Shown: positions 50,877 through 63,442, counted from the stretch's first letter. The stretch: DNA of 64,000 nt from Octopus sinensis (GCF_006345805.1 NC_043021.1:14756001-14820000), one strand, 5' to 3'. Numbers and translations: made by a program. The notes: generated from the letters alone by a model not told the origin.

Positions 50877-51329
50877 TGAGTGTATTTTTACCTTGTTAAC
50901 AATTACATAACACGGAAAATAAATAAATAGTAAAGGTGTTGTAACTCCTTGTTTATAAGGTAGAAACTTTGTGTTTACGTTGAATATTTGATTACACCTG
51001 CGTTAACTCCATTTTTTTATTCATATATATATATATATATTATAATTATATGCATAATTATAACAAGCGGTCAGCTTTATGCCTCACCACGCACCATAAG
51101 AAATAGATGCTAAAGCTTATTGTATACAGTGTTCAGGTAGACCAGAACTTATTGGAAAAGAATAAAAGAAGGAACAGAAAATAGCAATGAGTTGAATAAA
51201 GAAATACTACAAAGATAGCCAAAAGTAATATGCATGGTTCACAGAATGGAATACAAAAAAAAGACAGATAAATGAATATTAAAAGAACAAAAAGGAGAAA
51301 AGGGTGCATAGGCATGTGAAGAGTTACAT

Positions 51330-51985
51330 GGGATCACATGACCGACCAGACTGTCAGATGCTGTTACACATCACTGATCACAATGTGCTTTGTATTGTTT
51401 TAGCCATCATATGACGCCACCCTGCTGGTTAGGAGAGCAGGCCAGCACTCACACTTGGATGGAAGCACTCCGTCGGTTACGACGATGAGGGTTCCGGTTG
51501 ATCCGAATCAACGGACAAGCCTGCTCGTGAAATTAACATGTAAGTGGCTGAGCACTCCACAGACACGTGTACCCTTAACGTAGTTCTCGGGGATATTCAG
51601 CGTGACACAGAGAGTGACAAGGCTGGCACTTTGAAATACAGGTACAACAGAAACAGGAAGTAAGAGTGAGAGAAAGTTGTGGTGAAAGAGTACAGCAGGG
51701 ATCACCACCATCCCCTGCCAGAGCCTCGTGGAGCTTTAGGTGTTTTCGCTCAATAAACACTCACAACGCCTGGTCTGGGAATCAAAACCGCGATCCTATG
51801 ACCGCGAGTCCACTGCCCTAACCGCTGGGCCATTGCGCCTCCACACTCACACTTGATAAAAAGGCGACTGGAATAATGTAAAATGAAGTGTTTTGCTCAA
51901 GAACACAACACGCCGCCCAGTCTGGGAATCGAACCCACGAACTAGTGATCACTAGTGCAACAGCCTAACCCACTAGGCCACACAT
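51330..51985 (-). mobile_element. Nested cluster of SINE family C-related copies
   Basis: Tail-2 block (51465-51655) abutting the 15170-type copy (51660-51845), plus a further head at about 51870-51985. Confidence 0.7.
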
Positions 51986-52019
51986 ATGTCAGGAGTAGCA
52001 TTGGCAAATTACAAGAAAC

Positions 52020-52345
52020 ATAAGTTTTCAAGGATGCATCGTCCTGACAACTAACAACTGATGCAGATAGTTTATTCCATGCATCGGCAATTCTCATCAT
52101 GAAAAATGTTTTTGAAAGTCATGGATGTTGTACTGTGTGTTTTTGTTTTCTTATGCTTCTGAAGCATATCCATGGTGGACAGAGACAGAGAATTTAAAAC
52201 CAAAGGTGACCGAAGTTGTTGATGGGAAAAATGGTAGATAATCTTATGGGCTTCTGCAAAGGCAGCTGCTGGATGTCAAAGCTTTGGTGAGTTGATGCTC
52301 AGAGGAGTGAGACTTTCAGGATATAGTTGGTGATTGATGGAAGAT
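52020..52345 (-). pseudogene. CR1-type LINE ORF2 3' remnant
   Basis: INHQLYPESLTPLSINSPKL...AHKIIYH and RIADAWNKLSASVVSC; same family as 1975-2270. Confidence 0.7.
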
Positions 52346-52349
52346 CTTT

Positions 52350-52765
52350 ACAGCAAGCTGGCGGAATCATTAGTATGCTAGGTGAAGTGCTTAGCTGATA
52401 TTTCGTCTGCCACTACATTCTGAGTTCAAATTCTGCCGAGGTCAACTTTGTATTTCATCCTTTTGGGTTCGATTAAATACGTACCAGTTATGAACTGGGG
52501 TCGATACAATCGACTTAACCCGTTTGTCTGTCCTTCTTTGTCCCCTCTGTGTTTAGCCCCTTGTGGGTAGTAAAGAAATAGGTATTTCGTCTGCCGCTAC
52601 GTTCTGAGTTCAAATTCTGCTACGGTTGACTTTGCTTTTTCATCCTTTCAGGGTCGATTAAATAAGTACCGATTACACACTGGGGTCAGTGTAATCGACT
52701 TAAGCCCTTTGCCTGTCCTTGTTTGTCCCCTCTATGTTTAGCCCCCTGTGGGCAATAAAGAAATA
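52350..52765 (+). mobile_element. SINE family A head-body-body dimer
   Basis: Junction AAAGAAATA-GGTATTTCGTCTGCC at about 52572-52596. Confidence 0.9.
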
Positions 52766-53121
52766 TACACATATACATACATACATACACACACACATAT
52801 ATACATACATACATGTGTGTATGTGTTATATAATAACGAGGTAAACTGGTAATCGTTTTAAAGTGTGGTGAGTGAGTGGGGTTGAACAAGGATTTTATAT
52901 GGTGTTAATGAGGAAGAAGGCAATCAATATTAATGAGCCTATCTCCTAAGTAGTATGTTAAAAGATGTCAGTGAGAAGGGGGATGACGAGATCATTACAC
53001 CTGTGTACCCCCTACTTTGCATTTCCCTTACCTCTTTCTCCCCCCCACCATTATCATTATCTTCCCTCACCCCACCCCCAACAGGATGTAGGTAACAGGT
53101 AGAAAGTAGACTATTACTTAC

Positions 53122-53240
53122 TTTTCTTCTCTCTGCTACAGGTAGCTAATTAATTAATTATCAATGGTTATGATAAGATTACAGCAAACCAGTTGAAGTA
53201 CTTACCTGGAAAATAAAGAGAAAAAAACAAAATTAATTAA
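53122..53240 (-). promoter_or_regulatory. Candidate recursive splice site with 84-nt RS-exon
   Basis: Minus strand TTAAT branch motifs, 22/24 pyrimidine tract, CAG|GTAAGT (junction 53206/53205), second donor AAA|GTAAGT at 53122/53121. Confidence 0.45.
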
Positions 53241-53321
53241 TGAAATACAAAAATAAAATTTAAAAATCAGAATATTGACAGATTCAGAGTTATGTATTAA
53301 AACAGATTTGGAGACACATAC

Positions 53322-53358
<37 letters not shown>

Positions 53359-53490
53359 CATAAAGGATGCAGCAAGAAAAATATCCCTCACATCTATTGG
53401 TCGACAAATATTTAAATAGCATTACCAGTATCACAAGCTTATCTGTGTGTGTCAGTAAATGCTACAAAACCACGGTATTTTGTCCAGGGG

Positions 53491-53712
53491 CAGAGAGCTG
53501 GCAGAAACGTTAGCACGCCGGGCGAAATGCGTAGCGGTATTTCGTCTGTCGTTACGTTGTGAGTTCAAATTCCACCGAGGTCGACTTTTCCTTTCGGGGT
53601 CGATAAATTAAGTACCAGTTACGCACTGGGGTCGATGTAATCGACTTTAATACCTATGTCTGTCCTTGTTTGTCCCCTCTATGTTTAGCCCCTTGTGGGT
53701 AATAAAGAAATA
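53491..53712 (+). mobile_element. SINE family A with perfect 17-bp TSD
   Basis: GGTATTTTGTCCAGGGG at 53474-53490 and 53713-53729. Confidence 0.95.
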
Positions 53713-54930
53713 GGTATTTTGTCCAGGGGACACCTCTTTGAAAGTGTATCCTGTTTAAAACACAGCATACCTCAAAATCTGGGAGAAAAATATAAAATCA
53801 ATCCAAAAATAAAAGAGAGATACAGGTATCAATATTTCATGATCATTTCCACTCTTTAATATCACACACACACACACACCTCTACCTCTGAAATAACTTG
53901 CCCCAGTTAGCTAGAAGATACGAATAAAAATAGCATAAAATCTATTTGCTGATGTGCAAAAGGGCCAATTGATGCTTATCCAAGAGAAAGACTGCCACTT
54001 TTGGCCGATACATCTTGGCACCAGTGTCTTCACACACGTTGTTGTTAGAAGACGTAGAACCAGAACAGATACAAGTTGTCTTGCCTTTAACCATTCTAAC
54101 ACTTCCAATCAGCCATCGTGGACTGGCAATTTATTTTAATTGGTCCTGAAAGGATAAAAGGTATAAGTTGACCTTAGTGAGATTTGAACTCAGAATGCAG
54201 ATAATTGCAATAAATACTTTGAGGCGTTCTATCCAATGCCCATGTGATTCTGCTGCAATTCTCCTCTGATAAAATTGCAGTAGATTTGAAACCCCTTTGC
54301 CTATGATGAAGCAGTCCAATGTTTTATCAGTTTGGCCACCTCTTGCTTTTCCTGTACGAACAGCTGTAAGTTTTGTATGATTCAAGGCCACATTGAAGGA
54401 AGAGGATCCAGACCTATAGTGTGAACAACCTCTGTATGAAGGACAGTGGAACATAATAATTGAGAGACAGACAGACTGAGACAAAGTGGGGAGCAAGTTA
54501 AGCAATTATGAAGAGGCTCACCTCATTGAAGTTGAACTCAACTGAGAACTAAAGAGCTGATAAAGCAAACTGGGAGCTTGCAGAGTTTGTGTGAAGATAT
54601 TCAGGAAACCCCCACACAAAAAGGTTCCTGTTGTAAGGCCTGAACCCATCACTACATTACCCAATTGTAGTAATAGTCTACCATGGTAACCTCACAGCCA
54701 CTGTACCTCTTTAAGTGTTTACATGTACTTTCACCAGTTCAGTTCTATAACATCAGTCACTTTAAGTGTTGACACGACATTGAAAGATGACCCGAAAGAG
54801 GAAGACCTCTAGGTGATCACTCGGCTTGCTAGAAATAGAAGCCAAATCTCCCTGAAATCATACCCTGACATCTCAAATAAAGCTAGATACATTAGATAAT
54901 GCTAGGGTCTTAAACTGTTTGGAAGACAAA

Positions 54931-55322
54931 TCTATATATAAAGCTGAAGTTGTCTGTGTGTGGCAGGTTTGGTAGCCTTCAACTAACACTATCTCCTCCG
55001 AGACCTTGCGGCGCAAGTTGACCAAAATTGAGAGTAGGATAGAAGGCTTGCTCTTCCTTCTGTAGAAGAAAAAATTCAAATCGGACCATGTTAACACCAA
55101 AAATTATTTACATCAAAAAGATACTTTTTTTTCTATGAAAATCCCTTTTTTTTTTTACGATTTTTTGACTGCTGTGCACCATTTATTGGTGTATCTCATT
55201 CAACCAGAAAAATGTTCACTTAAAGAGAATAACAAGCTACATAATGCAAAATTTTTACTTTTCAAAAATTCCAATTCTAAAGGGTCGAAACAAACCCGAG
55301 CAAAGCCGGGCGATACTGCTAG
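54931..55322 (+). mobile_element. Non-autonomous Helitron, 392 bp
   Basis: A|TCTATATATAAAG start, subterminal hairpin CCCGAGC-AAA-GCCGGG (55295-55310), CTAG|T end, no TSD; interrupts a family E repeat that resumes at 55323. Confidence 0.9.
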
Positions 55323-55636
55323 TAAGATTATAAGATTGGAATGGTTTGCTAAAAGTTAGCTTCAATAGACCTGGGTTAAATGACAACATGCATTTATAAG
55401 TATAAAAAAATAAACTGTAAGTGTTTATATTCAGTTAAGTGTTGAATGTAGGCATACTTTCTTGGTAGCGACAGTGAGAGGGGAGGACATTTATGTTTGA
55501 TGCAGACCATTAATACAGCAATAGATATATTTTCACACGCACGCACATATATTTTGTGGCATGGCAGAAGACATACCAATTAGTTAAGGTAACTGATTCC
55601 ATTTAATTGCAACATCTTATAAATGCACAGGCATTT

Positions 55637-56033
55637 AGGCGTAGGAGTGGCTGTGTGGTAAGTAGCTTGCTTACCAACCACATGGTTCCGGGTTCAGTCC
55701 CACTGCGTGGCACCTTGGGCAAGTGTCTTCTACTATAGCCTCGGGCTGACCAAAGCCTTGTGAGTGGATTTGGTAGACGGAAACTGAAAGAAGCCCATCG
55801 TATATATGTATATATATATGTGTATGGGTTTGTGTGTCTGTGTTTGTCCCCCCAACATCACTTGACAACCGATGCGGGTGTGTTTACGTCCCCGTAACTT
55901 AGCGGTTCGGCAAAAGAGACCGATAGAATAAGTACTAGGCTTACAAAGAATAACCACTGGGGTCGATTTGCTCGACTAAAAGGTGGTGCTCCAGCATGGC
56001 CACAGTCAAATGACTGAAACGAGTGAAAGAGTA
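55637..56033 (+). mobile_element. SINE family B, full length, followed by a partial second head (to about 56200)
   Basis: Complete, little diverged. Confidence 0.9.
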
Positions 56034-56264
56034 GGCATGGCCAAGTGGTAAGAAGTTTGCTTCACTATTACATGGCTCTGGGTTCAGTCTCACTGCGTGG
56101 CACCTTGGGGGAATTAATTGTCTTCTACTATATATATCCTTGGGCCGGCCAAAGCCTTGTGTGGATTTGTGAGATGGAAACCGAAAGAAGTGCATATCAG
56201 TCGTGTCTGCGCCCACCCTCGCCCCCACAGCCACTCCTACAACAACAACAACAATAATAATCCT

Positions 56265-56455
56265 TTCTTATTATAAGCATAAGGCTTGAAATATGTGGGG
56301 AGGGGACTAGTCGACCACATTGACCCCAATGTTTCACCGGTACTTAATTAATCAGCCCCAAAAGGACGAAAGGCAAAGTTGACTTCAGCGGAATTTGAAC
56401 TCAGAACGTAGCGACGGGCGAAATAACATTTAAGCATTTCGTCCGGCGTGCTGAT
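56265..56455 (-). mobile_element. SINE family A, tail variant 2
   Basis: Reverse complement of core and tail. Confidence 0.75.
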
Positions 56456-56459
56456 CGGC

Positions 56460-56720
56460 CAATAGCAGCAGTAGTATTTGTTGTTGTTGTTGTAGTAGTA
56501 GTAGTTAGTAGTAGCAGCAGCAGCAGTAGTATTTGTAGTAGTAGTAGTAGTAGTAGTAGTATTTGTTGTAGTAGTAGTAGCAGTAGTAGTAATAGTATTT
56601 GTAGTAGTAGTAGTAGTAGTATTTGTAGTAGTAGTATTTGTTGTAGTAGTAGTAGTAGCAGTAGTAGTATTTGTAGTAGTAAGTAGTATTTGTTGTAGTA
56701 GTAGTAGTAGTAGTAGTTAG
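56460..56720. repeat. (AGT)n array with recurring AGTATTTG(TTG) subunit
   Basis: Direct reading. Confidence 0.95.
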
Positions 56721-56829
56721 TTTCTTATATTTGCCATCAGGGCAACACAGACGAGGGCGACAATACAACAGCAGACGAAGGGCAGGCAGAGGGAGAGAGT
56801 CTTATAGAGAAAATGGAATGACAATATTA

Positions 56830-56862
<33 letters not shown>

Positions 56863-57199
56863 TAAAATACTGTAGGAGAGAGAAAAAAAATAGTGAAAGC
56901 AACTTTTTGTTTAGTTTGTCCGTCTCCCTTCCTTTTTACACTTGAAACTAAACTAACTTCTGCTACAAGCTAACTGATGTCGCTTTTATTGCGAAAAGCC
57001 AAGTCGCCCCACCTTTCCTCCCTCAATCTCTCTGGTGACTATTTCCGCTGCTAACCTGCTTTTTTTCCCTACTATTTATCATTTTTTATTGTTATTAGTC
57101 TGCACTTTTTTTTTTTTAGTCCAGCAGTGAAAAACTAGTAGTAGTAGTAGCAGCAGCAGTCGGGGTGTGTATGTTGTACAGGCGCTTTTTATCCTTTTA

Positions 57200-57595
57200 G
57201 AATTTCACTTGCTTCAATCTGACTGCGGCCATGCTGGGGCACTGCCTTGAAGAATTTTTAGTCAAATTAATCGACCTCAGTACCTTTTTTTTTAAAGCCT
57301 AGTACTAACCGCTATGGGGATGTAAACAAACCAGCACCGGTTATCAAGCGGTAGTGTAGGGACAAAGACACTCAAGCATATATATATATATATATCTGGA
57401 TGTTTTGCGTCCTCATCCCATTTTGTATTTTTTATAGACAGATAGATGGATAGATGGACTTCTTTCCCGTTTCCATCTCCAAAATACACTCACAAAGCCT
57501 AAAGTCTATAGAGAAGAAGACACTAGCCCAAGGCGCCACGCAGTGGGACTGAACCCGGAACCAAGTGGTTGGGAAGCAAGCTTCTTACCACACAA
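57200..57595 (-). mobile_element. SINE family B (diverged)
   Basis: Reverse head at about 57500-57595, tail at about 57200-57370. Confidence 0.7.
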
Positions 57596-57794
57596 CTGCT
57601 TTTTATTTATTCTTAATTGGCAGAAAATTTCAAACGCAACTCAAGTGCCAAGTGTTTTTTGTGCACGATACGTCTGTAACTGGTTTCAAGTCTAAAAGAT
57701 CTTGTTCTCTCTTATATGGAATAAATTAGAACTCTCTTGGCAATGGTCGGTTAAAAATATTGGCAGGTCACAAAGAATTTGGGAGCTTTCAAAT

Positions 57795-57957
57795 AGGTGC
57801 AGGTGTGGCTGTGTGGTAAGAAGCCTGTTTCTCAACCTCGTGGTGACAGGTTCAGTCCCACTATATAACACTTTGGCCAGGTATTTTCTACTATAAGTCT
57901 CAGGAAGACCAAAGCCTGGTGAGAGAATTTGGCAGACAGAAACTATAAGAAGCCTGT

Positions 57958-58013
<56 letters not shown>

Positions 58014-58235
58014 TGTGTGTGTGTGTATCTTTGTGTCTGTTTGTCCCCCACTATTGTTTGAATTGACAACTGGTGTTGGTGTGTTTACATCCCAGAAACT
58101 TACTTAGTAGTTTGGCAAAAGAGATCAATAAAATAAATTTGAAGCTGGGAAAAAAAAAAGTACTGGTGTCAATTCAGTCAACAATTCAAGGCACTGCCCC
58201 AGCTTGGGCACAGTCCAATGACTGAAACAGGTAGC
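57795..58235 (+). mobile_element. SINE family B (diverged)
   Basis: Head, (GT)n centre and tail. Confidence 0.75.
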
Positions 58236-58275
58236 AGGTAAAAGATAATCTGCTCATTAAAAACAGAGTAGTCTT

Positions 58276-58980
58276 CATCATCATCGTTCAACGTCCATTT
58301 TCCACGCTAGCACGGGTTGGACGGTTCGACCGGGGTCTGGGAAGCCAGGAGGCTGCACCAGGCTCCAGTCTGATCTGGCAGTGTTTCTACAGCTGGATGC
58401 CCTTCCTAATGCCAACCACTCCATGAGTAGTGGGTGCTTTTTACGTGCCACCGGCACAGGTGCCAGGGGAGTCTGGCAGCGGCCACGATCGGTTGGTGCT
58501 TCTAACGTGCCACTGGCACAGAAGCCAGAGTAGAGAAATCAAATTCAATGACTGTCATCTGTGCTAGTGGAGCGCTAAGAGTACTATACGAGTGTGATCG
58601 TTGCCAGAGCAACAAGCTAGCCTCCATGCCGATGGCACATAAAAAAGCACTATTCGAGTGTGATCGTTACCTACGTCACCTTACTGGCACGTGAAAAAAA
58701 CATTCGAACGAGCTCGTTGCCAGTGCCGCTGGACTGCTTCCTGTGCAGGTGACACATAAAAAGTACCATTTGAGCGTACTGCCTGACTGGCCCCCGTGCT
58801 GGTGGCACGTAAAAGCACCCACTACACTCTCAGAGTGGTTGGCATTAGGAAGGGCATCCAGCCATAGAAACTCTGCCAGATCATATTGGAGTCTGGTGCA
58901 GCCATCTGGTTTGCCAGACCTCAGTCAAATCATCCAACCCATGCTAGCATGGATAGCGGATGTTAAACAATAATGATGAT
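58276..58980. mobile_element. Fold-back repeat family D, complete with inverted arms of about 185 bp
   Basis: Arms 58276-58457 and 58796-58980 are reverse complements; spacer has repeated GTGTGATCGTT and GCCA(C/G)TGGCAC motifs. Confidence 0.85.
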
Positions 58981-58996
58981 GTATGTGTATATGTAT

Positions 58997-59051
<55 letters not shown>

Positions 59052-59118
59052 TGCATGGATATATATGTCTATGTATATGTAAAATGTGGATATGAGTGTG
59101 TATGTGTACACAGATCTA

Positions 59119-59339
59119 TGAGGGGGTGCTGAAAGGTCTTCGGTTTTGGGTAAAAGAAAATATAGGAGCAATCAGTTAATTATGATTTTATTCAACATAT
59201 TCCCTTCTCAGATTCACATACTTATTGCAGCGGTCCTTCATTTTTTTTTTAAGCACTATAAAAGAACTTGGAAGGTCCAGGTCACCAACCAGACATTTCA
59301 CGATACTCTTAAAGCCAGGATCTTTTCAGCACACCCTCG
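59119..59339 (-). mobile_element. mariner MITE, 221 bp
   Basis: TIRs TA-TGAGGGGGTGCTGAAAGG / CTTTTCAGCACACCCTCG-TG; 59238->59188 retains the transposase C-terminus KDRCNKYVNLRREYVE*. Confidence 0.85.
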
Positions 59340-59734
59340 TGTATGAATGCATGAGTGTATGTGTGCATGTGTCTGCTTATACATGCGTGCATGTAGATAT
59401 GCATGTGTGGGCACATGTATACACATGCACACATGTATATGCATACATGTTGAAGTATGAGGTTGTAAAGAAGCTGCACAACAGTTCTGTTAACTATTTT
59501 TGGTCTTCCTTTGCCTTATCAGGCTTTGCTGATAAGAAAAAAAATTTAGGTTAACGAGTAATTATCTATCTATCAACATTACATTCTTAATTTATATACA
59601 CACACACACACATATATATATATATAATACACACACACATATATATATAATACACATACATACATATATAATACACACACACATATATATAATACACATA
59701 CATACATATATAATACACACACACACACATACAT

Positions 59735-59935
59735 ATTTAAAGTTAATCCAAACATGAAAACACAAAGAGAAAACACAACGCGAGGACATGGAACAAGTAT
59801 AGTATTATTGGACGCTCAGAAAAGAAGGAGGGTTTAACGTTTCGAGCGAAGCTCTTCATCAGAAACATAGGAAAAGGAAAGATCCAAAGAAGGGAAGACG
59901 GAGGAAAAAAATCGCCAACAGTACACACGTGGTCA
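59735..59935 (-). mobile_element. Penelope-type terminal-repeat fragment
   Basis: Homologous to 36391-36643; sits between (TA/CA) tracts. Confidence 0.6.
59832..59866 (-). ncRNA. Minimal type-I hammerhead ribozyme motif, canonical core
   Basis: GTTT-CTGATGA-A-GAGC-TTC-GCTC-GAA-ACGT-T-AAAC: all core nucleotides present, stems I and II paired, palindromic stem III. Confidence 0.75.
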
Positions 59936-60269
59936 TATATATGTATATATATGGTTATATATATACATAGATAGAGAGATTTAAAACTAATTGCCACATT
60001 TATTGTGATGTATCGACATTTATCCATCAATGGGTTATCACAAACATATGCATACATGAGCACAGACAGACAGACACACACGCAGTGAATGGTCCATTAC
60101 AAAAGCCGTCACCAATGGTGCTATTCTTCACAAATGCAGGACATAAAAACAAAAACATGAGACAGAAACTCAATGCCCCCACCACCACCACCACCATTTG
60201 CATTGTGAATGCTACAGTGATGCTATAGATGTATGTGTGTTTGGGCATGTGAGTGAGAGTGATATGTTT

Positions 60270-60720
60270 ATGTTGGTGAGTGTATCCGATGTTCTTCTGT
60301 GTTGATAGTAAGGAAGCAGATGTACATTCGAGATGTGATATCTTCAATCTGTTTGTTTGGAGCCAGGTTTCTTGATGATTGATGTAGGCCTGGAGCAGGT
60401 TTGCAGATTCTTCGAGGGTCGGGGTGGAGCGTTGGCGAAAGGAAAGAGATGTGATATCACCTGCATATGAAATTGCACATATGGTTTTTCCAGGATACAG
60501 GAAGGTCGTGTGACGTTTTTGAGTTAAAAAGAGTGGTAGGGAAGATGGTTCCTTGTGGTACACCATCTGGAAAATGACAGAGTCAAGGTGTGTTGCTCTC
60601 ATTGTACTGTATTCACCCTTGAAATCCGAGAAGTAAGTTTTTCACCTGCCAGAATTTTGTGTTTTTGTGATGATAAAGTTTGGAATATTTTGTTTGTAAG
60701 GAAATGGAATTAAATATTTG
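60270..60720 (-). pseudogene. Non-LTR retrotransposon reverse transcriptase remnant (Jockey/I-like)
   Basis: FPDGVPQGTIFPTTLFN, frameshift, ISYAGDIT (decayed YADD), LQAYINHQETWLQTNRLKIS; several stops. Confidence 0.8.
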
Positions 60721-61659
60721 CAAAGCATCATCATCATCACCACCACTGTCATCACCATCATCATCATTATTGTCATCATCATCATCATCATCACTATTGT
60801 TATCACCACCATTGCCATCACTACCATCATCATCATAATCATCATGGTGTCCTATGGAAGTCAAAAAAGGGATTGCGATATTTGTGTAAGTGGTAGGCCC
60901 ATACCTAGCATCATGTGATTACGTCCTGTGTGTGAGGGTGTGTGCATGCATGTATGTGTGTGTGTGTGTATGCAAGCATCTGATTTTGTAAGGCCCCTGT
61001 GTGTTTGGTGTAAGGAAAGACGGGATCAAGGTCATGGCCTAAGCGAAAGGGGCCATATCTTGCATCTTGCATCAGGACCAATATTGGATAAAGAATTTGA
61101 CAAAAGGAGTTTACTTTTTATTGGACTGCAGTTGAATTTACTCCAAGTTGGCACTGCAAAATATGATGCAGTGGTGAACCATTGTTAAAGTAATTGACTT
61201 TGCTAATTAGAGTTAATGATGTTGCTAATTGCAGTGTTTTACTTCTTGTTATGTGGTTTATATTAAATAACAAAAAAAAAAATGTTTTTTTTTTTTTTTC
61301 AATTTTCTGCTTTTCCTTGTTTTATTTCCTTTGTTGGTTACATTTTTATATATTTACTTTTTATATTGACTTTTTATTTTCTGCGGTATTGGTGGTGGTA
61401 CATTGTGGTGGTTGGTGCTGGTGGTGTTTTTTGAGGATGTTCCTGGTTTTTATCAGTTTGGCTACTTTGGTTGGGAGAAAGAAATTTTTGGGGGACGGGG
61501 GGGCACATGGGGGCAGGGGTTACGCATGTCGGATATAGCACTTTTGCTCCGCTTGAATTTGTTTTCCAATTTCTTTTTGTATGTTTCTTCATTATTGCTT
61601 TGTCAGGATGAATATATTGGCTCACCCTCATACATACACATTTATCTATCTATCTACAT

Positions 61660-61692
<33 letters not shown>

Positions 61693-61809
61693 ACACACAC
61701 GAACAGCACCGTTGATGAATTCTGCAAACTGCAGTTCAATATCTTGCTTGAAGTAATTCCACTAGGGAATTTTGTAGTTTCTGATTTGCTCTTTGATGTG
61801 TGAGAACAT

Positions 61810-61945
61810 TATGATGTGATAACCATGATTACCATGATGATGATGATGATGATGGTGGTGGTGATGATGATGACAATGTTGATGATTATGATGAAGACAA
61901 TGCTGATGATGATGATGATGATTATGGTGATGATAATAATGACAG
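61810..61945. repeat. (GAT)n microsatellite
   Basis: Direct reading. Confidence 0.95.
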
Positions 61946-62842
61946 GCATAGTTTGTTGCTGCAGCAAGATGCTGCAGTCCTGAAAGTCTCTGCCACTATG
62001 TCCACAATCGCTCCCATCCATTGCCCCCCACACTCACCCAACGACAAACGCTACTTCAACTAGAGTCTCCATCTCCCACCAAACCACACTCAACCACCCA
62101 CCCAATCCAGACAAAGCTAAATCACACATACACACACAGAGCATCAATACCCTTATTAACCCAACACCTTGAAAACTGTGGTGAGATGCAAACTAATTCA
62201 GGATTTTTAAGGACTTTTTGAGAGAATCCCTAACCAAGTGCATCGCTTGATTTTAGAGGCCCCCCTGCAACTTTTTATTTTGAGGCCCCATCTCTTCAAT
62301 CAAAATTCATGATCTATGCACCTATTACTCATGGCTATATTTTACTTTATTCTGTCTGAAGTTCAATATTTCATGTTATCCTAAAGAACGTATTTAGGTA
62401 GGGACGTTCTTGGCACAATGCAAGAACTTTTGCAGATACAGTGTATTACCATTTTATTTCTTGAAATTTTCAGTTAACATAGTTTAATTCTTGTTCAACA
62501 TCTTAACCAAAGTAAACAGATGACTCATCTATGTACTTTGATCTTCAGATGGGGCCCCTCAACCACATAGGCCCTCTGTGACTGCAGGGTTGCAGGGGCT
62601 TAGCGACAGCCTTGGCGCTAACCTGTAAAAATGTCTCAGAGCCTTTGCTAAAATCTTACTCCTGAAGCTCTCATGAAATTTAAGGTCTATATGTACAGGC
62701 ATGGCCATGTAGTAAGACATTTTCTTCCCAACCACATGGTTCTGGGTTCAGTCCCACTGTGTGGCACCTTGGACAAGTGTCTCTCCAGGCAGAACAAATT
62801 TCTGTGGGGGAATTTAGTAGACAGAAACTGAAAGATCATAGA

Positions 62843-63055
62843 AGGCGGCAAGCTGGCAGAAATGCTAGCACACCAGGTGAAATGCTTAGTGGTACTTCGT
62901 CTGCCGTTACGTACTGAGTTCAAATCCCGCCGAGGTCAACTTTGCCTTTCATCCTTTTGGGAGTCGATAAAATAAGTACCAGTTGAACACTGGGGTCGAT
63001 GTAATCGACTCATCCTCTCCCCCTGAAATTACTGCCCTTGTGGCAAAATTTGAAA
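62843..63055 (+). mobile_element. SINE family A, tail variant 2
   Basis: AAGGCGGCAAGCTGGCAG head to CCCTTGTGGCAAAATTTGAA, then (ATT)n. Confidence 0.85.
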
Positions 63056-63394
63056 TTATTATTATTATTATTATTATCATTATTATTATTATTATACATG
63101 TTCAACATATAAGATATAGAAAATAATTACGAAAATGGAAAAAGCATTTTTTCACTTTTTCTTTTTCCTGCTTTTCAATAAAACATGAAAATTCTAATCC
63201 GGTTAGGTTGTTCAAAGAAATAAGGAAATAAATTCCATACACAATGAGTGAGTGGGTTTCCTGGCATTTCTCTTGTTGAAAGAAAATTCTCGGTGAAGTT
63301 GATGGATCACTTCAAATTGTGTTGCTATTTCTAGCAAGAAATAATTGTTATGTTATCGACCCATCTCTCTCCAGTGAAGCATGGCAGAATGCTT

Positions 63395-63442
<48 letters not shown>

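Noticed and set aside
53122-53146. Plus-strand acceptor followed by GT (CTACAG|GTAGCT) as a recursive site
   Set aside because: GTAGCT is a poor donor, and the pyrimidine tract is partly the complement of the minus-strand RS-exon end.
61078-61087. CArG-like palindrome CCAATATTGG, repeated at 63477-63486
   Set aside because: A 10-bp motif spotted after the fact, with no supporting context.
62234-62614. MITE with CCAAG...CTTGG ends and GGCCCC motifs
   Set aside because: The terminal match is too short and degenerate, and there is no TSD.
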